NCBI GenBank assembly: GCA_000320545.1
Contig: ADNK01000879.1
Location: 1 to 64,000, forward strand
Length of the DNA stretch: 64,000 bases
Direction: 5' to 3'
Origin: Bigelowiella natans CCMP2755
Lineage: Eukaryota > Protista > Cercozoa
Shown here: piece by piece, positions 57,495 through 64,000 of the stretch
Layout: each line of letters starts with the position of its first letter
Numbering within the stretch: position 1 is the stretch's first letter
Notes under the pieces: generated by a model
The model's input: the letters and a program-made list of their open reading frames with translations, nothing else
Told to the model about the DNA's origin: nothing
Databases searched by the model: none
Position numbers and translations under genes: made by a program

Positions 57495-58338
57495 ATTTAA
57501 TACAAGAACCGCTGCTATTTGCTTCGCTTGAAGCTCCTTTAGGAATGGTTATCACCACGCTCTGGCTCAATCATATACACCATTATTATTATTATTATCA
57601 TTATCAATAATAACTATTATTATTGCTATTCTTGGAACTACCGTTGTTAATCAATATCATCGTCAATACCATCATTACATCGGAAGGAACTTGACGTCGG
57701 AGGAAACGCAAGAAGAAGAAGAAGGAGGAGGAGGAAGAGGTACAAAAATCGCGCATTCACCAAGAGCACAAAACAAGTCCCCTCCCTCCCTCCCTCCCTC
57801 CCTCCCTTCCTACCCTCTTCCTATTCATTCCACTCTCAACTCTTAAACATCTGCCCCGCGTCTTCGCAGCAGCTTCTATCCATCGAGGCGGCTGGTAACA
57901 ACACATTATAACGCTGTACTTGTATTGTGCCATCTCTCTCTATTGATGGGGGAAAACAGGCAAGGGGGGACCCGAAGGGAGCAGAAGGCGCCTTGGTAGG
58001 GAGGATAACGAGTGGCAGACGTATGCGGACGATCCTGCATGGAATGCAAACCTCCATGGGGGGGGGGGAACGAGCAAGAAGAAGACAGCCATCTATGGTG
58101 ACGATGGGGGTGATAGTGGCGGTGGAGAAGAGCGAGGTGCTGCGGGCATTGATCCTCCCCCCTCTTCGTCGTACCTCATGGGGAATCCACAGGTATTGTT
58201 TTGCTATTCGATAGGCTGGGGTGCTAGTAGTAGAGTAGGAGTAGCAGTAGTAGTAGTAGTAGTAGTAGCCATTATACATGTCTTACATATTCGGATAGCT
58301 AAAATACTGCTTTTCTCTGCCATATCTCTCTGTAACAG

Positions 58339-58378
<40 letters not shown>

Positions 58379-58990
58379 TGTGTGTGTGTGTGTGTGATTT
58401 CAGTTTGCTGCGAGGGCGGATGAAGCGTTGCGCCAACGGTAAAAACGATTGAAATTGTGATTTGGCGATCAAAATTCAATGATCCCTCAAAAAACTAGAT
58501 TCAGTACATTCATGATGATGGTGATGATGGTGATGATGAGGATGATGAGGATGGAAAAGAGGGAACAACTTAGCGACGATACAATAACATTCAGCAACAA
58601 AGAGTTAGCCATGGGGGAAGCCATTCGTCGTTCTCGCCGCCCCCCTCTCCACGAGGACCTCAATCAAGACGATGAGGGGGAAAGGCACACGCCGCAGCAG
58701 CAGCAGCAGCAAGAGGAGAGTGCCAACGAAGAAAATTTCTCTCGGTTGTTCTCCGATCAGAAGGATCAGGATGCTGTTGCCGAGTCTGGAGATAGGAAGG
58801 AAAATACCGAGAGGTGTGGGGGGAGGAGGAAAAGTAGCAAGTATGAACTGCGCGGCCACATCCTTGATGAGGGCAATACCCAGCTTAGCGCTGAGCGGGA
58901 ACTCCCACGAGAAGACTCCAGGAAAAGGCTGATGGAAGGGGTAGGAGAGAGAGAGAGGGGAGGATTGCAAACTATTCTACCCCTGATGAT

Positions 58991-59024
<34 letters not shown>

Positions 59025-59429
59025 ATGATGGTATTGACGATGATGGTGGTGGTGGGGTGATACGCACCTGTGGTTGTCTTCTATCTACAATCACTCGTAC
59101 ACGTGCATTACTTATCGTCATCCGCCTCATAACACCTACTACGACATGAATCTGAATACGGCATTGTATATATAAAAATATAGCTCGAGGATAGCAACTT
59201 CGAGTGTGACAATGGCGACGATAATAGCGCGATGGCATGGGACCCATTCGCTCATGATTCAACGGATCCCGAACATAAACGGTAGGGAGAGGAGGAGGAG
59301 GAAAAGGAAAAGGAGGAGGAGGAGGAGGAGGCAAAGCAATTTAGTGATGGTAGTGGTGGTGCAGATCATATGGTCACATTTCGTTTACTGTATGCGTGTG
59401 TGCGTGTGTGCGTGTGCAAGGAAATTGAG

Positions 59430-59461
<32 letters not shown>

Positions 59462-60137
59462 ATCAATTCTTGGAAACCTGCTTTCCTTACAGTTGTCATC
59501 ATTATCACCGCTGTGTGATTCTTGCTCCTGCTACCAATATTATTAGGAGTGCCAGGTCGGGTGCAGAACTCACAATCGCAAATCCAGCCCTGCGGGGAGT
59601 CGTGAGGGAGTTTCAGCAGAAAGAGGCGGAGGAAGAAGAGGAAGAAGAGGAGAGGCGAACGAGGGGAAAGCATCGCGAAAGGAATCATTTTGAGAATGGC
59701 GGCAACGATGATGAGAGTTATCTAGGCCATCATCATCATCAGCAGCAGCAGCAGCAACAACAACAACAACAACAGCATCGTCCAAAGAAGGCCGTTCCGC
59801 AAGATGAGGACATGTATGACGGCGTGCCAATAGGGTAGTACCGAGACGTTTTGTCGTGCATTCCTTCTCCTCCTTTACCTCCTCCTCTCCCTCCTCCTCC
59901 TCCTCCTCCTCCTCCCCACTTCTACAGCCACCACTACCACCACCATCACTCCTGCACAAAAAGGATAGACGTCGATGATGTTGTTGTGGGTGCCTACTGT
60001 TTAGATTTGAATATGACCACGAAAGCGGGTACTTCTACGATGACCACACACAGCTCTACTACGACCAGAAAACAGTAAGTTCTAACTAACAACACTTGTA
60101 GCTCTGGTAGCCATGTTGGCAATACACCACCTCAGTG

Positions 60138-60168
<31 letters not shown>

Positions 60169-60411
60169 ATTATAATATCCCAACTTTGGGGAAATGACGT
60201 ATGGTTAAATCCTAGAATAAATCATCCTACGTCTGCTTCGAAAATTGCTGATGATCCCAGCAACAACTCCGTTTCCACGTAAAGACAGGAGTCATTCTTT
60301 GATTACTCGTTAACCCAGGGGCTGTACGGAGCGCATGGCCGCTGGTATTCATGGGACCCTGTCATGAAGAAATATACAGAATATAATCCAAGGCGAGATG
60401 CCCCTGATTAA
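55470..60411 (+). CDS. hypothetical multi-exon low-complexity acidic protein
   Basis: GT-AG exons near 55860, 56174, 56522, 57037, 58604-58940, 59546-59833; final exon ESFFDYSLTQGLYGAHGRWYSWDPVMKKYTEYNPRRDAPD-TAA; start uncertain. Confidence 0.5.
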
Positions 60412-61049
60412 GTAAAAATCCTCTCTTTACGGTAGAATGTGGCTTTAGTGTCGCATCGGATAATCGAGTGACAAGACACACTCTCCTTTTCACTGGTCAC
60501 AAGCAATAATATTTATTCATTCAAACAGTTTTCTGCATGCCGCACTCACCAGACTTATCCAACTTACGCTAATCATAATAATATTTAATGCGCTGCGAGT
60601 AAAGCTTAAGCTAATGTTACTCATTTGCTAGCCTAGAAGGGCTGTTCCCTGCATGTAGGCCAACTTGTGCTAGCTACACATGCATGCACGCATATTTGTA
60701 ACAGCATCAATGCAAAGACATGGGGCCATCTGCTCTAGTGCTATGCTCTCCTCCGCACTCGATTTTGCAGTAGAGAAAAAGACCAACCAAACAAGTCACA
60801 TACAGCAATCTTCGCCAGGAATGATGATGACACCAAGAGGCTGACCAGGGGCGCATGCAAACACGATCGCTTGCATGTACGTCACGGGCGCAACAGCAAT
60901 ATGCCACATTCGCAAACATACATGAAGCACGTGGTCGCCGAAACAAACAATCTTATTAGCGCTGTACGTGGCAGCCGCTTTGCATGACTACATTAGGGTG
61001 CAACTAGCTATTGAGAAAATGTGAAACTACATCACATTCATCTCTTGCA

Positions 61050-61050
<1 letters not shown>

Positions 61051-61090
<40 letters not shown>

Positions 61091-61112
61091 GTGTGTGTGT
61101 GTGTGTGTGTAT
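61051..61112. repeat. (CA)n-(TG)n self-complementary microsatellite palindrome
   Basis: A (CA)n run directly joined through CATG to a (TG)n run. Confidence 0.9.
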
Positions 61113-61239
61113 GTGTTGTGCATTGCTTTTAAGTGGGCGCGATGACAACATGACATTACAACTTTTGCAGCGCGTGCACCTGCCTTGCCATAGCCTCGAC
61201 TGCACGTGTGAATGGAATCGCAGCAAACAAGTCCGGGCC

Positions 61240-63252
61240 TCAGTCCGTATATTTTAACTTGAAGTCCCTAATCTCTTTCTGCAGCCGTTGTCTCTCCCGT
61301 CCCTCCCTATCAGGATTGGCGTCGCTAAGCGCGTGTTGCCGCCTCAGCCCGTCAAGGTACCATACCGTAACTGCATACCTGTGTCTCTCACAGGGGATCA
61401 CCTCGTGGGGAACGCGCTTATCCGAGAAAAATACGACAAGCCGACCAGGAAGAGGCTCGATGTCGCGGAACTTGCCATCCTCGCTGTGCACCCGGAGCTG
61501 CCCCCCCGAGCCTTCTTCCCAACCAACGTTGCAGTAGAACACGCACGTCAGGACGCGTCCATTGTCGTTGGGGTTGTCGCAATGCTTGATGTATCGAGCG
61601 CCGCCACCAGGATAGCACGTGACCATTGCCTCTTGCCTCTCGAGGTGTGATTCACCAAGCTCCTTCAACCGTTGGGCAAGCAAATACACGAAGTAGTCTA
61701 TCAATGTGATAAGGGCGCGGATGTTCTCGCAGCCTGCCTCTTTGCCAGAGAACCATCCCACTCGATCGCCCCTGACCTTCTTCATTTCGTACTTCAGGTT
61801 TCCACCCGTTCGCCCTCCCCCTAGCTGTCCTGACTTGAGTTTCCCCTGCGAGTCGAGTTTCTTGATGTCCGTGCGGATGCACGATGCAAACCAAGTTTGT
61901 ACAAAGGTGTCGCAGATAGCCACTGAGTTCTCTTCGAGCTCACATGCTGCTTCCTTAACTAGCTGACCAATCGCCTCTTTAGCTCCCCATTCAGTATTTG
62001 TATCTCCTCCATGAGATTTCTTTTGCGCCTGTGGTGCAGAGATTCTAATATCGTTCTCGTGACTCTTGCTGTCGCTGATTTCTTTTTCTTCTTCTTCTTC
62101 TTCATCTTCTTCGTCTCCGACCTTGGAATTTAGTGTTGGCGCCGGTTGGTCTTCGTCCTTATTCTCCTCATTTGATGTGCCACTGACAATACCATCGATA
62201 TTTCCAACTACTTCCTTCTTTACAGGAGGACAGACGTGCTGGGATGATGATGATGATGATGATGATGGGGCATGTAGCGAGGAGGGAAAGTACGATTCTA
62301 ATGAAAGGAACGCGGCTTCTAGCGCCATGTTGCGCTCACCTGGGATTCTGACAGCGGTACGGGAGTCGGTGAACCCCAATAGCGCGTACTCCGCGGCAAG
62401 CTGCGCTTTTGCTAGGTTCTTCTGGGCATCCTGTAAGTCTGTCTGAGCCTTCTCCTCGTTTTTTCGAACAACTACCATGTCAGATGTCAGAGTGGAGATC
62501 GATGCTTCGATATTTCTTTTCTCTGCAATCGTGGTTTTCATCTCCTCTGAGATACGGTTTAGGTCTGCGGTCAGCTCTTGCATGGATTTAGCGAGAAATT
62601 CTACTTCCTCCGCTATCCCGCGCTTTTTAGGCTTCATTTCTGATGGGGCTGTTGTGTCTGCAACTTGGCTGTCCCCCCCCTGATTCTGTTCTTCTGGGTT
62701 TGGTTTTGAATTGCACTTCAGCGATTCTTCCTCCCCCTTCTCCTCATTTTTCAGGAGGTCGTCAGAGGGCTGCCCCTTCCGCCCCATTTTGAAATCATTC
62801 TTCGCTTGCGGAGATTGTGGTTCTTGTACGGCCTTGAGGTCCTCCATTGGGACGTTTTCTTCGATGTTCTGTTCATCGTCTATGTATTGCACGTCACAGT
62901 GCTTACCATCTAGATTGACACGAATAATTTTACATTTGAACCAGTATTGGTCATCTATGCCACGCTCACAGGTGTCTCCGGCAACGAGACGACTCTTTTC
63001 GGAAACGAGAGTTATCGCCGCTTTTTTGCCTTCCTCACCCTTCCCGCTTGCATCATGATCCTCTACCCGCCTAAGCTCTTCTATGTGAACACCATTCTCT
63101 GTATTTCCCTCATCGTCTATGTATTGCACGTCGCAATGCTCTCCGTCGGAGTCAAACCGCACAATCCGACACTTAAACCAAAACTGATCGTCGATCCCCC
63201 TCTCGACAACGTCTCCCACTGCAAATCCCAGCGCTACTCCCTGTCCGGACAT
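61240..63252 (-). CDS. intronless protein: two Tudor-like repeats, coiled coil, EGLN/PHD-type 2OG-Fe(II) prolyl 4-hydroxylase
   Basis: 670-aa ORF; repeats GDxxERGIDDQxWFKCxIxR...CDVQYIDD...E; catalytic domain RGDRVGW, MVTCYPG, YIKHCDNPNDNGRVLTCVFYCN, GGQLR, FFSDKRVPHEV, RYAVTVWY. Confidence 0.92.
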   Translation of the reverse strand: MSGQGVALGFAVGDVVERGIDDQFWFKCRIVRFDSDGEHCDVQYIDDEGNTENGVHIEELRRVEDHDASGKGEEGKKAAITLVSEKSRLVAGDTCERGIDDQYWFKCKIIRVNLDGKHCDVQYIDDEQNIEENVPMEDLKAVQEPQSPQAKNDFKMGRKGQPSDDLLKNEEKGEEESLKCNSKPNPEEQNQGGDSQVADTTAPSEMKPKKRGIAEEVEFLAKSMQELTADLNRISEEMKTTIAEKRNIEASISTLTSDMVVVRKNEEKAQTDLQDAQKNLAKAQLAAEYALLGFTDSRTAVRIPGERNMALEAAFLSLESYFPSSLHAPSSSSSSSSQHVCPPVKKEVVGNIDGIVSGTSNEENKDEDQPAPTLNSKVGDEEDEEEEEEKEISDSKSHENDIRISAPQAQKKSHGGDTNTEWGAKEAIGQLVKEAACELEENSVAICDTFVQTWFASCIRTDIKKLDSQGKLKSGQLGGGRTGGNLKYEMKKVRGDRVGWFSGKEAGCENIRALITLIDYFVYLLAQRLKELGESHLERQEAMVTCYPGGGARYIKHCDNPNDNGRVLTCVFYCNVGWEEGSGGQLRVHSEDGKFRDIEPLPGRLVVFFSDKRVPHEVIPCERHRYAVTVWYLDGLRRQHALSDANPDREGRERQRLQKEIRDFKLKYTD

Positions 63253-63533
63253 AAGCTACTCGAGCATCATGGACCGAAGAGAAGACTGATAACGAGGACG
63301 GGGACTCCGCACAATAAGGAATAGAGACAAAAACCGAGGCGGTGGGAAGGCTGCTCCCAGCGAGAGGATCAGTTACGATGACAATGAGCACTGGGAGAAC
63401 AGTTTCGATTTATTGCCTGCGACATGATTTCTTACGTTGTCGTAGGGTGGAATTCAGTCCCTATTGTTTGCGATTTTTCGCCACTCAAAGATCCCCTTCC
63501 TCCCTTCCGCTGGAGCGCTTCTCGCTTGCTACG

Positions 63534-64000
63534 ATGCAGAGTGCCACGAAGGACGAAGCAAAGGTTGCACGCGTAGGATGAGAGAGGAGGAGAACGAAAC
63601 ATGAAATAACAAGATCGATTGTTGCAGGATACCGGTAAAAGCAAATTGAGCGACGGAGGGGCAGAGAAATCTAAGACTGCCAAGGGAAGTGAATCTCTTG
63701 TGAAAGACGTGCCATCGGTACAGTATTAATTGAGCGCTATTATTCTATCTTCGAGTCTAAGCTCAGGGAAGTAATTTGCAATCATGTGAGGATCCTACTT
63801 TTACTGCAGAACAAAGTCGAGTTAAAGAAGTACAAGTCTGTATCCGATGAAATGCAAGGTGAAGTGACTGTAGCCGCTTCCACTGAAGACAAGAAGTTCA
63901 ATGATAAGCTCCTGCTATAGGATTAACTATATAGTGCTACAATAATATACAAAAATTCTAATTTATCAGGAGGTTTGCTCCGACAAGAAAGCCTTGGATA
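63534..64000 (+). CDS. 5' part of a hypothetical multi-exon gene (runs off window)
   Basis: MQSATKDEAK | DTGKSKLSDGG...KDVPS | NKVELKKYKSVSDEMQ | GGLLRQESLG with in-phase GT-AG introns. Confidence 0.55.

Overview
Eukaryotic nuclear DNA with dense, intron-rich genes (GT-AG introns) whose introns are packed with microsatellites. The style suggests a protist, possibly a chlorarachniophyte (inference only). Most listed ORFs are microsatellite artefacts, so genes were rebuilt by hand-splicing exons. About 15 genes: EndoG/EXOG-family nuclease, fructose-1,6-bisphosphatase (C-terminal SKL, one in-frame TAG), a CCCH zinc-finger gene with a recent internal tandem duplication, a PAP2/LPP-epsilon phosphatase, a Der/EngA double GTPase, dihydrolipoamide dehydrogenase, a 7TM-like protein, a PPEF/rdgC phosphatase, CFAP299, an EXPERA/EBP-like membrane protein, an intronless tandem-Tudor + EGLN prolyl hydroxylase, and several hypothetical genes (two with a signal + xRGG leader). 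The main unexplained signal is four intergenic islands of 0.7-1.3 kb (about 17.05-18.3, 21.8-22.8, 48.3-49.0 and 51.15-52.3 kb). In them TpA is almost absent except in CTAG/TAG context, TG/CA is abundant, and duplicated fragments differ mainly by A>G/T>C. This points to a regional adenine-to-guanine hypermutation process, a mirror image of fungal RIP. All counts are hand counts and exon boundaries are approximate.
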